Below, one piece after another: positions 1-9,887 of a stretch of DNA of 64,000 nucleotides (its first letter is position 1; each line of letters begins with the position of its first letter). The position numbers were made by a program, and so were the translations under genes. Source of the stretch: a bacterium (GTDB lineage Bacteria; Patescibacteriota; Minisyncoccia; UBA6257; UBA9933); assembly GCA_030693235.1 (NCBI GenBank), contig JAUYBE010000006.1, forward strand, positions 139,601 to 203,600, given 5' to 3'. The notes under the pieces are model-generated. The model was given only the letters and a program-made list of their open reading frames with translations, searched no databases and was not told where the DNA came from.

Positions 1-576
1 GGGGCAACTGCCGTAGCATTGTCTGGTCACTCTCTGGTTATTATTGGCGGTGAAGCTGAGATACGATGTTTAAATCAAATACCTAAGGAATATTGTGCAG
101 TATTGTTATATCCCAAAAATATGAAATCTATTAGCGGAGTCACAGATATACGTCTTTATAGAAAAGGATTTCCTCTATTCAAAAATATGAGTACGGAGTG
201 GGGAGATATTAAAGAAAATATGTTAAAAACAAAGATCATACCAGCGGTTAAGAAAAACGATTATTCGGTTTTATTTAAGGCAATTAATATGTATACGATC
301 GGCGCTTATGGTGATATACCACAATATTTTAAATATCGCTGGGCATCTCATAATATTTTCTTTGACTCGTTTATATATAGCATTTTTTCAAAGCTTTTTG
401 GATCATTAAAAATCGATGAAAATTGTTTTTTTGTTTCTTCCGGGGGTCCACTTATTGTTATTATTACTAAACATTATAAAAAGGCGGTATACTTATTAGG
501 ATATCTAAAGAAAGATTTTATCATTAATAAAGTATCGCTTTATAAAAGGTCAAGCAATTTCCAATTATTAAGATAA
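1..576 (+). CDS. Hypothetical protein, 5'-truncated by window edge; possibly GHMP-kinase fold (beta-RFAP synthase-like C-terminus)
   Basis: Frame is open from base 1. C-terminal FVSSGGP resembles the GHMP SSxGP motif. Very AT-rich. Confidence 0.35.
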   Translation, partial: GATAVALSGHSLVIIGGEAEIRCLNQIPKEYCAVLLYPKNMKSISGVTDIRLYRKGFPLFKNMSTEWGDIKENMLKTKIIPAVKKNDYSVLFKAINMYTIGAYGDIPQYFKYRWASHNIFFDSFIYSIFSKLFGSLKIDENCFFVSSGGPLIVIITKHYKKAVYLLGYLKKDFIINKVSLYKRSSNFQLLR

Positions 577-888
577 TCTGTAGTTATTTTTTATTATCTC
601 CGTTTTCTTTTGAATAAAAAACAATCAATAATCTAATTAAATCGCCGAAGGCGCAAAAAAAGAAACGGTGGAGGCGAGGGCGGGCAAAAATTCCTTCCCC
701 CCCCCAACCCCCTTCCTTTTTGCCCGCCCAAGCGAAAATTTATCAAAAGTCGTCGGCGGGATTTTCTTGAAAATGAGTTCTAACTTTGCAAAGCTTGGAA
801 TGTGCCAAAGGCACATGAGCCGATGTATAATGAGATTACAAATTGCCGGTGTAATGCAAAACCTTTTATCAATTTAATTCCCGAAGCT

Positions 889-1014
889 ATGATCAAATAT
901 TTTATATATTGTAGAAAATCAAGTAAGGATTTGCTTTGCCCCGTCCGCATTGGGTTTGACGTTCCCCTCACTTCTGCTTTGCAGAAGCACCACGCTTTGC
1001 GTGGTGGCGCGTAG
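889..1014 (+). pseudogene. Relic of a serine recombinase N-terminus
   Basis: MIKYFIYCRKSS matches the Y-x-R-x-S catalytic motif of resolvase/large serine recombinases, then runs into palindromic DNA and stops. Confidence 0.5.
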
Positions 1015-1087
1015 CGCGCGGGGGACGCTAGTCAGTGTCATTGGGATTTTGCTGGAAATAAGTCCGAACTTTTTGGTATAATGACCA

Positions 1088-1123
1088 CAAAAAAATTCCG
1101 AACAATTGTTCGGAATTTTTTTG
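1088..1123. terminator. Perfect palindrome, likely bidirectional terminator downstream of tRNA-Pro
   Basis: CAAAAAAATTCCGAACAATTGTTCGGAATTTTTTTG. Confidence 0.65.
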
Positions 1124-1136
1124 TTGCCTAAGTTTT

Positions 1137-1206
1137 CGGGCCGCCGGGATTCGAACCCGGAATAAATCCACCCCATGGACTCGTGCTGCCATTACACTAC
1201 AGCCCG
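1137..1206 (-). tRNA. tRNA-Pro(GGG)
   Basis: Reverse complement CGGGCTG...AGTCC-ATGGGGT-GGATT...CCGGG-TTCGAAT-CCCGG-CGGCCCG folds as a cloverleaf; no encoded CCA. Confidence 0.92.
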
Positions 1207-1208
1207 TA

Positions 1209-1318
1209 AATAGTTTTTAGTTATTAGTTTGCGGTTAATAGTTTCTAAGTTTTTAATTTTAGTTTTTAAACTATAACTAATAACTAATTGACTAAAACCA
1301 ATGACCAAAAACTATAAA
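1209..1318. repeat. Degenerate heptamer inverted-repeat element (TAGTTTT/AACTAAT units)
   Basis: TAGTTTTTAGTTATTAGTTT...AACTATAACTAATAACTAATTGACTAAAACCAATGACCAAAAACTA fills the rpmB to tRNA spacer. Confidence 0.6.
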
Positions 1319-1323
1319 TCGAC

Positions 1324-1506
1324 TTACGCCTTAGTAAGGCGTTTGATGCATTTCGCGCAAGCTATGACCCGTTTGCCCGAAGACGATTTGGTTTTCTGCA
1401 AATTCGGGTATTTTCTTTTTTTCGGCGTCGGGTTATAATTACCGCGAAGCTTTTTTCTAGCGGCTCTCATAATAGAACCTTTGCCGCAAATTTCACATTG
1501 TTTCAT
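1324..1506 (-). CDS. rpmB: 50S ribosomal protein L28
   Basis: CEICGK...KYPNLQ...CAKCIK. Confidence 0.9.
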   Translation of the reverse strand: MKQCEICGKGSIMRAARKKLRGNYNPTPKKRKYPNLQKTKSSSGKRVIACAKCIKRLTKA

Positions 1507-1509
1507 AGA

Positions 1510-1542
1510 TTAGTATTTAGTATTTAGTATTTAGTATTTAGT
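1510..1542. repeat. Tandem heptamer (TAGTATT)~4.5
   Basis: TTAGTATTTAGTATTTAGTATTTAGTATTTAGT. Confidence 0.95.
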
Positions 1543-1549
1543 GTCAAGT

Positions 1550-2155
1550 ATGGAACCGATTTATCTAAAATTATTTTTATACGTGGTCATCGTCCTTTCG
1601 GCGACTTTTCACGAATACGCTCATGGCTTTATCGCTTACAAACTCGGCGATTCAACCGCCAAAGACGCGGGCCGTCTGACTTTAAATCCTTTGGCGCATT
1701 TGGATTTAATGGGAACGGTTGTTATTCCGTTATTTTTATTATTTTACGGCGGAATATTTATCGGCTGGGCAAAACCAGTGCCTTATAATCCTTATAATTT
1801 AAGAGACCAAAAATACGGCTCGCTTAAAGTCGGCATTGCCGGACCGTCGGCGAATTTTTTAATCGCTTTAATTTTGGGGATGTTTATGCGGTTCGCTCCG
1901 ATCTCGCCGCCGTTTTTAATGGCGTTGTCCATTATCGTTTATATTAATATTTTTTTGGGTCTTTTTAATTTGCTTCCGTTCCCGCCGCTTGACGGTTCAA
2001 AGGTTTTTATGGACTTGTTCCCAAGAGCCCGTCATATCATAGAACAGATTGGTTTTTTTGGAATTTTCTTTGCTTTGCTTCTGGCTCTTTTTATTTTGCC
2101 GATTTTGGCGAAAAATCTTTTCTGGCTGATTACCGGCCAAGGATTCGGGATTTAA
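1550..2155 (+). CDS. Site-2 protease (peptidase M50)
   Basis: HEYAH and FNLLPFPPLDG motifs; ATG at 1550 preferred. Confidence 0.92.
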   Translation: MEPIYLKLFLYVVIVLSATFHEYAHGFIAYKLGDSTAKDAGRLTLNPLAHLDLMGTVVIPLFLLFYGGIFIGWAKPVPYNPYNLRDQKYGSLKVGIAGPSANFLIALILGMFMRFAPISPPFLMALSIIVYINIFLGLFNLLPFPPLDGSKVFMDLFPRARHIIEQIGFFGIFFALLLALFILPILAKNLFWLITGQGFGI

Positions 2156-2179
2156 CGCCTGTCCCGAATTTGCCAAAGA

Positions 2180-2209
2180 TTGACAACCATTTTCTTATTT
2201 TGTTATTAT
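2180..2209 (+). promoter_or_regulatory. Sigma70 promoter of str operon
   Basis: TTGACA at 2180 and TG-n-TATTAT at 2201-2209. Confidence 0.65.
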
Positions 2210-2242
2210 ACATTGGACTGTCGTTCAGTTATTTTTTATTTT

Positions 2243-2653
2243 ATGCCCACAATCAGCCAATTAATTAAAAAGAGAAGAAAAAATACCAAGAAAAAAACCA
2301 AAGCGCCGGCAATGGGTTTGTATTTTAACACGCAGGACAATAAGCCGGTTTATTCAAATTCGCCTTTCAAGCGCGGCGTTTGTTTAAAAGTTTTTACGAC
2401 TACGCCGAAAAAGCCGAATTCGGCCATGCGAAAAGTCGCCCGGGTGCGTTTAACCAACGGCATGGAAGTGACGGCTTATATTCCCGGCGTTGGACACAGT
2501 CTTCAAGAGCATTCGATAGTTATGATAAGGGGCGGCAGAGTCAAGGATTTGCCGGGCGTTAAATATCACATTGTCCGGGGAGTGTTGGACGCCGGCGGCG
2601 TTGAAGGCAGAAAACAGGAAAGAAGCAAGTATGGGGCGAAGAAACCGAAGTAG
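2243..2653 (+). CDS. rpsL: 30S ribosomal protein S12
   Basis: [25 protein letters not shown]; true start at 2243. Confidence 0.98.
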   Translation: MPTISQLIKKRRKNTKKKTKAPAMGLYFNTQDNKPVYSNSPFKRGVCLKVFTTTPKKPNSAMRKVARVRLTNGMEVTAYIPGVGHSLQEHSIVMIRGGRVKDLPGVKYHIVRGVLDAGGVEGRKQERSKYGAKKPK

Positions 2654-2732
2654 CTTTTAGGTTTTAGTTTTTAGGTTTTAGATAATAAATTTCTAACACC
2701 TAACACCTAACACTTAACACCTAATACCTAAC
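2654..2732 (+). repeat. Family A heptamer hairpin, copy 1
   Basis: (TTTTAG[G/T])4-loop-(CTAACAC)~6, ends at the TTG of rpsG. Confidence 0.95.
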
Positions 2733-3200
2733 TTGAGAAGAAAACGTAAATATAAAAAAATTCATCAACCCGACGTTCAATATAATAATATCGCTGTTTC
2801 GCGGTTTATTAACTATTTAATGAAAGGCGGTAAAAAATCCGTTGCCGAGAAATTATTTTACAAATCTTTTGCTAATATTCAAAAGGAAACTAAAACAGAG
2901 CCGCTTTCGATTTTCGAAAAAGCCCTTGAAAACGCCACGCCGCTTCTGGAAGTCGTGTCCAAGCGCGTTGGCGGCGCCAATTATCAGGTGCCTAGAGAAG
3001 TCAGGCCGGAAAGGAAATTTTTATTGGCTTGCCGTTGGATTATTGAAGCAGCTGCGTCAAAAAAAGGTAAACCAATGGCTCAAAAATTGGCCGAAGAATT
3101 AATCGCGGCGTCAAAGAACGAAGGCGCGGCTATAAAGAAAAAACAGAATGTTCATAGAATGGCGGAAGCAAACAGAGCCTTCGCGCATTTCGCCAGATAG
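2733..3200 (+). CDS. rpsG: 30S ribosomal protein S7
   Basis: RVGGANYQVP, HRMAEANRAFAHF; TTG start. Confidence 0.98.
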   Translation: MRRKRKYKKIHQPDVQYNNIAVSRFINYLMKGGKKSVAEKLFYKSFANIQKETKTEPLSIFEKALENATPLLEVVSKRVGGANYQVPREVRPERKFLLACRWIIEAAASKKGKPMAQKLAEELIAASKNEGAAIKKKQNVHRMAEANRAFAHFAR

Positions 3201-3203
3201 ATT

Positions 3204-3277
3204 AGTTTTTAGGTTTTAGTTTTTAGGTTTTAGATAAAAAAATCTAACACCTAACACCTAACACCTAACACCTAAAA
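3204..3277 (+). repeat. Family A heptamer hairpin, copy 2
   Basis: 74 nt identical to 10719-10792. Confidence 0.95.
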
Positions 3278-5428
3278 TTGCGTCAATATCCCTTAGAAAA
3301 ATATAGAAATATAGGAATAATAGCCCATATCGATGCCGGCAAAACAACCGTTTCCGAACGGGTTCTTTTTTATACCGGTGTTTCTCATAAAATCGGCGAG
3401 GTCCATGAGGGAGAGGCGATTATGGATTGGATGGAACAGGAAAAAGAAAGGGGAATCACCATCACCGCGGCGGCCACTACTTGTTTTTGGATGCCGACGT
3501 ATCGTCGGCCGCAGAATTACGCGGACTTGACGCGGACCGACGCGGAAGAAATCAAAAAAAAATATGAACATAGGATTAACATTATTGATACGCCCGGCCA
3601 TATCGATTTCACGGTTGAAGTTCAACGTTCATTAAGGGTGCTTGACGCTGCGGTTGTTATTTTTGACGGCGTGGCCGGCGTTGAACCGCAGTCCGAAACC
3701 GTCTGGCATCAGGCGGATAAATTTAAAGTGCCGCGAATTTGTTTTATCAATAAATTGGACCGGATAGGCGCTAATTTTGAGAAATCGTTTCTTTCAATCC
3801 AGGAAAGATTGAATCCCAACGCGATTGTCGTTCAAATACCGATAGGTCTGGAAGCAAATTTTGAAGGCATTATTGATTTGCTGGCAATGAAGGCTTTTTA
3901 TTTTGAAGGCGATCGCGGCGAAAAAATTATTGAAAAAGAAATACCAAACGAGTTAAAAGTTCAAAGTGAAAAGTTAAAAGTTCTATTAATTGAAAAAATC
4001 TCTGAAACCGACGAAAAATTGACGCAAAAATATCTTGAAGGAAAAGAAATCAGTTTTGAAGAACTTAAACAGGCGATGAGAAAAGCCACAATCAACAGTC
4101 AATTGGTTCCGGTTTTTTGCGGTTCGGCGTTGAAAAACAAAGGCGTTCAGTTGATGCTCGACGCCGTTTTGGATTATTTGCCTTCGCCGCTTGATTTGAA
4201 AGAAATCAAGCCGATTGAAGGAGCGCATCCGAAAACCGAAGAAAAAATTAATCGTCAACCGGCGGATAATGAACCGCTGGCGGCTTTGGCTTTTAAAATC
4301 GCCACAGACCCTTATGTCGGCAGCCTCACCTTCGTCAGAGTTTACAGCGGCGTTCTTAAGAGGGGATCTTACGTTCTGAATTCATCAAAGGGCAATCAGG
4401 AAAGAATCGGCCGGATTGTCCGAATGCACGCCAATCAACGGGAAGAAGTCGAGGAAATGTATGCCGGCGATTTGGGCGCGGCCGTAGGATTGAAAGGAAC
4501 TTCCACGGGCGATACTTTGTGCGATCCGGGCAATCCGATTGTTTTGGAAAAGATTATTTTCCCGGAGCCGGTGATTTCCGTCAGAATCGAGCCGAAAACG
4601 AAAGCCGATCAGGAAAAATTGGGTTTTGCCCTTCATAGATTATCAGAAGAAGATCCGACTTTCCGCATTAGCGGCGACCCCGATACCGGCGAGACGATTA
4701 TTTCCGGTATGGGCGAACTTCATTTGGAAATTATTATTGACCGGGCGAAAAGGGAATTTGGAGTTGAAGCGGATATCGGCAGGCCTCAGGTCGCTTATAA
4801 AGAAACTGTCAACGCCGAGTCCGAAGCTGAGGGTAGATATATCAAGCAATCCGGCGGTCGAGGTCAGTACGGCCATGTTTGGTTAAACGTTAAGTCATTG
4901 GAAAGGGGGAAAGGATTCGTCTTTGTCAATAAAATAAAAGGCGGTATTATTCCCCAGGAATTTATTCCGGCGGTTGAAAAAGGCGTTAAAGAAGCGTTAA
5001 GTAAGGGAATTTTAGCCGGTTATCCGATTGTTGATATTGAGGTGAAACTTTATGACGGTTCTTTTCATGAAGTTGACTCGTCGGAAATCGCTTTTAAAAT
5101 CGCCGGCGCGATGGCTTTTTTGGAAGCGGCAAAAAGAGCCAAGCCGGTGATTTTGGAACCGGTGATGAAAATTCAGGTAATCGCGCCTTTGGAATTTTTA
5201 GGCGACGTTACCGGCGATCTCAATGCCAAGCGCGGAAGGATTGAAAATATTTCAGATAGGGTTAATATTAAAGTGATAGATGTTAAAGTGTCCCTGGCTG
5301 AAATGTTCGGTTACGCGACCAAGTTGCGGTCAATGACTCAGGGCAGAGGAACCTTTACGATGGAATTCGACCATTATGAAGAAGTGCCATCAAATATTGC
5401 CCAGTTGATTATTGAAGGGAAGAAATGA
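3278..5428 (+). CDS. fusA: Elongation factor G
   Basis: [29 protein letters not shown]; TTG start. Confidence 0.99.
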   Translation: MRQYPLEKYRNIGIIAHIDAGKTTVSERVLFYTGVSHKIGEVHEGEAIMDWMEQEKERGITITAAATTCFWMPTYRRPQNYADLTRTDAEEIKKKYEHRINIIDTPGHIDFTVEVQRSLRVLDAAVVIFDGVAGVEPQSETVWHQADKFKVPRICFINKLDRIGANFEKSFLSIQERLNPNAIVVQIPIGLEANFEGIIDLLAMKAFYFEGDRGEKIIEKEIPNELKVQSEKLKVLLIEKISETDEKLTQKYLEGKEISFEELKQAMRKATINSQLVPVFCGSALKNKGVQLMLDAVLDYLPSPLDLKEIKPIEGAHPKTEEKINRQPADNEPLAALAFKIATDPYVGSLTFVRVYSGVLKRGSYVLNSSKGNQERIGRIVRMHANQREEVEEMYAGDLGAAVGLKGTSTGDTLCDPGNPIVLEKIIFPEPVISVRIEPKTKADQEKLGFALHRLSEEDPTFRISGDPDTGETIISGMGELHLEIIIDRAKREFGVEADIGRPQVAYKETVNAESEAEGRYIKQSGGRGQYGHVWLNVKSLERGKGFVFVNKIKGGIIPQEFIPAVEKGVKEALSKGILAGYPIVDIEVKLYDGSFHEVDSSEIAFKIAGAMAFLEAAKRAKPVILEPVMKIQVIAPLEFLGDVTGDLNAKRGRIENISDRVNIKVIDVKVSLAEMFGYATKLRSMTQGRGTFTMEFDHYEEVPSNIAQLIIEGKK

Positions 5429-5439
5429 TAATAATTATG

Positions 5440-5506
5440 TGTCATTGCGAACGAAGTGAAGCAATCTATATGTGAGATTGCCGCGGGCTTCGCCCTCGCA
5501 ATGACA
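5440..5506. repeat. REP/RPE-like palindromic element (family C), copy 1
   Basis: TGTCATTGCGA...GCAATC...GATTGC...TCGCAATGACA. Confidence 0.85.
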
Positions 5507-5514
5507 GTTATTCA

Positions 5515-5856
5515 ATGCAATACACCATCGATGCCACAAATAAAAAATTGGGAAGATTGGCTTCTGAAATAGCCGTAATTTTGCAAGGCAAAAAAAGTCC
5601 GAAATACGAACCGCGACTGGAAGGCGAGGATAAAGTGTTTATCAAAAATATCAATAATCTGGAAGTTAGCGGCAAGAAAATGAAACAAAAAATTTATTAT
5701 CGCCATACGACTCAGGTCGGCCACTTAAAAGAACAAACTTTGGAGATGCTTTGGCAAAAAAAGGGTCCGGCGGAAGTTTTGCGCCGAGCTGTGCTTCATA
5801 TGTTGCCGAAGAATAGATTAAAAATTAAGAGGATAAAAAGGCTAATAATAGAATGA
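5515..5856 (+). CDS. rplM: 50S ribosomal protein L13 (short form)
   Basis: IDATNKKLGRLAS, GD.V, MLPKNRL. Confidence 0.95.
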   Translation: MQYTIDATNKKLGRLASEIAVILQGKKSPKYEPRLEGEDKVFIKNINNLEVSGKKMKQKIYYRHTTQVGHLKEQTLEMLWQKKGPAEVLRRAVLHMLPKNRLKIKRIKRLIIE

Positions 5857-6284
5857 CTAAACCAATTGAAAAAATCGAAAAAATGTCTGAAAAAAAAGAG
5901 CGTTATTTTGAAGCGGTTGGCAGGCGAAAAACAGCCGTGGCGCGAGTAAGGCTTTTTACAAAAAAAATCGGCATTGAGATTAACGATAAAAATCTCAGCG
6001 ATTATTTTCCGATTCTGCGTCTTCGAAAAACAGTTGAGGCTCCTTTGGAAAAAATGAAAATTGCCGATAAATTGGGAGCGGTTGTTAAAGTTAAGGGCGG
6101 CGGGATTATGGCCCAAGCCGAGGCTATTCAGCTTGGCATTGCTCGGGCTTTGATTAAATTCAATGCTGAATTTAGAAAACGGCTTCGTCGCGTTGATATG
6201 CTCACTCGCGATTCGCGAATGGTTGAGCGAAAAAAATATGGTTTGAAAAAAGCAAGGCGGGCGCCGCAGTGGAAGAAGAGATAA
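5853..6284 (+). CDS. rpsI: 30S ribosomal protein S9
   Basis: GRRKTAVARV, ERKKYGLKKARRAPQW.KR. Confidence 0.98.
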   Translation: MTKPIEKIEKMSEKKERYFEAVGRRKTAVARVRLFTKKIGIEINDKNLSDYFPILRLRKTVEAPLEKMKIADKLGAVVKVKGGGIMAQAEAIQLGIARALIKFNAEFRKRLRRVDMLTRDSRMVERKKYGLKKARRAPQWKKR

Positions 6285-6290
6285 CAATAA

Positions 6291-6361
6291 AATTAACCTA
6301 ATTATTCTAATTTCTAATTTCTAAATTAGGTCAATTAGAAATTAGGTCAATTAGAAATTTA
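6291..6361. repeat. Heptamer inverted-repeat element (TTCTAAT/ATTAGAA)
   Basis: CCTAATTATTCTAATTTCTAATTTCTAAATTAGGTCAATTAGAAATTAGGTCAATTAGAAATT. Confidence 0.8.
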
Positions 6362-6367
6362 AAGGCG

Positions 6368-6910
6368 ATGCTTTCTCTAAAATTTATAATAGGTCTTTTA
6401 ATCCTAATTCTTTCCTTCCATATATTAACTACTATCAATCATTGGTATTGGACTTATCCCTGGCTTGATATACCAATGCATTTTCTTGGCGGTTTTTGGG
6501 TGGCGATGGTGTTCTTGTATTTTTGGCGCTCTGCCCATATTTCTATCGGCGCCGGGCGTTTGTCGACTCCAGCGGTCGACACCGCCCTACGCTCTCGGTT
6601 TGCCGACTCCAACTTTGTCGGAGACCAAGCTCGGCGAACCTCCGAGAGTTGCCGTACGAAACACGGGAAGATCGCTAATTCGTTTATTTTGTTGATTTTA
6701 GTGTTGAGTTTTGTGGCTCTAATCGGCGTTTTCTGGGAATTTTATGAATTTCTTTACGATGTTTTAATTTCCAGCCGCGGTTATTCGGGGTTTGCGCGAT
6801 TGGGCGCCGCCGACATGATAGGAGATTTATTTTTTGACCTTTTAGGCGGCTTGACGTTTTTGATAATTTGCCGCATAATGAATTTAAATAATAATAAAAC
6901 AATACAATAA
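6368..6910 (+). CDS. Membrane protein (VanZ-like) carrying a palindrome-derived insertion
   Basis: Transmembrane segments with WLDIPMHFLGG, WEFYEF and D.IGDL..DLLG motifs; hydrophilic ~45-aa insert. Confidence 0.6.
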   Translation: MLSLKFIIGLLILILSFHILTTINHWYWTYPWLDIPMHFLGGFWVAMVFLYFWRSAHISIGAGRLSTPAVDTALRSRFADSNFVGDQARRTSESCRTKHGKIANSFILLILVLSFVALIGVFWEFYEFLYDVLISSRGYSGFARLGAADMIGDLFFDLLGGLTFLIICRIMNLNNNKTIQ

Positions 6911-6915
6911 ACAAT

Positions 6916-8154
6916 ATGAAACAATCTAAACTTTTTATCAAAACCAAACGCGAGGCGCCGAAAGACGAAGAGGCGATTAACGCTAGATTACTGATACGGG
7001 CGGGTTTTATCGATAAATTAATGGCGGGAGTTTACACTTTTTTGCCGTTAGGATTAAGAACGCTTAAAAAAATTGAAAATATTATTCGCGAAGAAATGAA
7101 CAAAGCCGGCGGACAGGAAGTTTTAATGCCCGGTCTTCAGCCGAAAGAAAATTGGGTAAAAACCGGAAGATGGGATTCTATGGATGATCTTTATAAAATT
7201 AAGGACGCAAGCGGAAGAGAGTTTGCTTTGGGTCCGACGCACGAAGAAGTGGTTTTCCCCTTACTTAAAAATGTCATTTTTTCTTATAAAGACCTGCCTC
7301 TTTATGTTTATCAAATTCAAAATAAATTCAGGATGGAATTAAGGGCAAAATCCGGCCTTTTGCGCGGAAGAGAATTTTTAATGAAAGATTTTTATTCTTT
7401 CCATACCGACGAAAAAGACAGAGATGATTATTATGATTTTATGGCGAAAGTTTATAAAAATATTTTTGACATACTAGGTATAGGAGATAAAACACACTAT
7501 ACGCTTGCCTCCGGCGGAACATTTTCCAAATATTCCCATGAATTTCAAACTGTCACCGATGCGGGCGAAGATACAATACATATTTGCTGTAAATGCGAAA
7601 TGGCCATAAATGACGATATTATAAAAGAAAATAAATCCTGTCCAAAATGCGGCGAATCAAGTTTTAGCCCAAAAAAGGCCATAGAAGTTGGGAATATTTT
7701 TAAATTAAAAGAAAAATTCGCCGATGATTTCGGATTGAAATTTAAAGATAAAGATGGAATGGAGAAAACGGTTATAACCGGCTGTTATGGAATCGGTCTT
7801 GGTCGGTTGATGGGAGCCGTTGTAGAGTCAAGCTATGATGAAAAAGGAATGATTTGGCCGGAATCAATCGCGCCGTTTCAAGTTCATTTAATCAGACTAA
7901 CGACAAACGACAAACGACAAACGATTTTTGCGGATAAAATTTATAATGCTTTACAAAAATCCGGCGTTGAAGTATTATACGACGACCGCGAAGATATTGG
8001 CGCCGGCGAGAAATTCGCCGATGCGGATTTAATCGGAATTCCATGGCGGGCCGTTGTCAGTGAAAGAACAGGAAATAAGATTGAGATTAAAAAAAGAAAT
8101 GAGAAGAAAACAAGACTGGTGAGCGAGAAAGAATTTATTAAGACACTAAAATGA
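6916..8154 (+). CDS. proS: Prolyl-tRNA synthetase
   Basis: LGPTHEE, FR.E.R...GLLRGREF, IEVGNIFKL, GCYGIG. Confidence 0.95.
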   Translation: MKQSKLFIKTKREAPKDEEAINARLLIRAGFIDKLMAGVYTFLPLGLRTLKKIENIIREEMNKAGGQEVLMPGLQPKENWVKTGRWDSMDDLYKIKDASGREFALGPTHEEVVFPLLKNVIFSYKDLPLYVYQIQNKFRMELRAKSGLLRGREFLMKDFYSFHTDEKDRDDYYDFMAKVYKNIFDILGIGDKTHYTLASGGTFSKYSHEFQTVTDAGEDTIHICCKCEMAINDDIIKENKSCPKCGESSFSPKKAIEVGNIFKLKEKFADDFGLKFKDKDGMEKTVITGCYGIGLGRLMGAVVESSYDEKGMIWPESIAPFQVHLIRLTTNDKRQTIFADKIYNALQKSGVEVLYDDREDIGAGEKFADADLIGIPWRAVVSERTGNKIEIKKRNEKKTRLVSEKEFIKTLK

Positions 8155-9191
8155 TTTTCGATTATTTCAAAAAAGACATCGGCATAGATTTGGGAACCGC
8201 CAATTCTTTGGTTTATGTCAAAGATCGGGGAATTGTTGTCAGCGAGCCTTCGGTGGTGGCGGTGAACAATAAAACCGGCCAGGTATTGGCGATAGGCGAA
8301 GAAGCCAAGAAAATGATCGGCAGGACGCCGGCGCATATTTCGGTAATTCGGCCGTTGGTAAACGGAGTTGTTTCCGATTTTGAAATTACCCAGGAAATTC
8401 TCCGTCATTTTTTGAAAAAAATAAATAATAATCGGATTTTTAATTATTGTCGGGTAGTTATCGGCGTTCCCACCAATCTTACCGAAGTGGAAAGAAAATC
8501 CGTGGAAGACGCGGCAATTTCCGCCGGCGCCGCCAAGGTTTATCTTATTGAAGAGCCGATTGCGGCGATTTTGGGCGCCCGTTTGCCGATTAATGAGCCG
8601 ATTTCCAGTATGATTGTGGATATCGGAGGCGGCACTGTTGATATCGCCGTTATTTCCATGGGCGGAATCGTGACGGCCAGAAGTTTGAAAATCGCCGGCG
8701 ATAAATTAAACGACGATATCATTAAATTCGTTCGCGATGAATTTAAATTGATAATCGGCGAGCCGACGGCCGAAGAACTGAAAATCACCATTGGTTCGGC
8801 GGTTCCCATCGAAGAAAAAATGGAATTGGCGGTTCGCGGTCGGGATATAGCTACCGGATTGCCCCGAGAAATTATCGTTAAGGGAAATCATGTTCGAACG
8901 GCGATAAATCGTTCTTTGGGGTCAATGATAAGCGCGATAAAAGAAATAATTGAAAAAACCCCGCCGGAATTGGTTGGTGATATTTTAAAAACAGGCATTT
9001 ATCTTTGCGGCGGCGGAAGTTTGCTGAAAGGAATCGATCAGTTGATTGAAAAAGAAATTTCAGTTAAAGCTTCGATGATTGAGGACCCTTTGACTTGCGT
9101 TGCCAGGGGAACGGGGATTGCGTCGGAAAATATTCAATATTATTCAAAATATTTTGTTGACAATTTAAAACCGATGGAGATAAATATATAA
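8151..9191 (+). CDS. mreB: Rod shape-determining actin MreB
   Basis: IGIDLGTAN, DIGGGT, LCGGGSLL. Confidence 0.95.
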   Translation: MIFDYFKKDIGIDLGTANSLVYVKDRGIVVSEPSVVAVNNKTGQVLAIGEEAKKMIGRTPAHISVIRPLVNGVVSDFEITQEILRHFLKKINNNRIFNYCRVVIGVPTNLTEVERKSVEDAAISAGAAKVYLIEEPIAAILGARLPINEPISSMIVDIGGGTVDIAVISMGGIVTARSLKIAGDKLNDDIIKFVRDEFKLIIGEPTAEELKITIGSAVPIEEKMELAVRGRDIATGLPREIIVKGNHVRTAINRSLGSMISAIKEIIEKTPPELVGDILKTGIYLCGGGSLLKGIDQLIEKEISVKASMIEDPLTCVARGTGIASENIQYYSKYFVDNLKPMEINI

Positions 9192-9192
9192 C

Positions 9193-9387
9193 ATGGGTGG
9201 AGTACCGGTAAAACATCATACTAAATCAAAAGTTGGAAGGCGGCGGTCTCATCTTGCTTTGAAGCCGGCCCGGATTTTTGTTTGTCAGAATTGCAGTCAT
9301 CCGATTTTACCGCATCGACTTTGCGGCAATTGCGGAAATTATAAAGGGAAAATAATAAAAAAACCGAAATTGAAAATTAAGAAATAA
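9193..9387 (+). CDS. rpmF: 50S ribosomal protein L32
   Basis: VP.K..KS...RRRSH, CQNC...PHRLCGNCG.Y. Confidence 0.95.
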   Translation: MGGVPVKHHTKSKVGRRRSHLALKPARIFVCQNCSHPILPHRLCGNCGNYKGKIIKKPKLKIKK

Positions 9388-9470
9388 CATAGCCTGTCAT
9401 TTAGCTCGTTCCATAGTTTTACAATAAATTTCGCGGCAATTGCGGAACATATGAGGGGAAATAAAAAATA

Positions 9471-9887
9471 ATGGCAACCAGACATTTAGCTCGTTCCATA
9501 GTTTTACAATCGTTGTATGAATGGGATTTTTATAATCGCCAGGTTGATTTAACAAAAATAATTGAACGCAATTTAAAAGAATTCGGTCAGGGGATAGACG
9601 AACCGGAATTTGTTTGGCGGATTGTCAAAGGGGTAATTGAAAATTTTGAAAATTTAAATAAAATTATTGAGAAAGCGGCGCCGGAATGGCCGATTAACCA
9701 AATTTCCATCACCGACCGAAATATTTTACGGATTGGATTATATGAGTTATTATTTGCCGATCATAATGAAGTGCCGCCTAAGGTGGCGATTAACGAAGCG
9801 ATTGAATTGGCCAAAAACTATGGCGGTCCCAATTCAGGAAGATTTATTAATGGAGTTTTAGGAACAGTGTACAAAGAGCTTTCTTAA
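9471..9887 (+). CDS. nusB: Transcription antitermination factor NusB
   Basis: [24 protein letters not shown]...S..FINGVL. Confidence 0.97.
   Translation: MATRHLARSIVLQSLYEWDFYNRQVDLTKIIERNLKEFGQGIDEPEFVWRIVKGVIENFENLNKIIEKAAPEWPINQISITDRNILRIGLYELLFADHNEVPPKVAINEAIELAKNYGGPNSGRFINGVLGTVYKELS

Noticed and set aside
668-877. 69-aa ORF MEARAGKNSFPPPTP
   Set aside because: Translation of a GC-rich inverted repeat with no coding signal.
2180-2242. N-terminal extensions in the ORF track (rpsL, rplV, rpsE, ychF, purM, antiporter)
   Set aside because: They run through promoters or neighbouring genes; conserved N-termini start later.
2654-3277. CRISPR array interpretation of the repeats
   Set aside because: Units are 7-9 nt and contiguous, with no unique spacers and no cas genes.
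3293-4886. Numerous antisense and alternate-frame ORFs within fusA, tuf, typA and others
   Set aside because: Shadow ORFs of conserved genes with no motifs.
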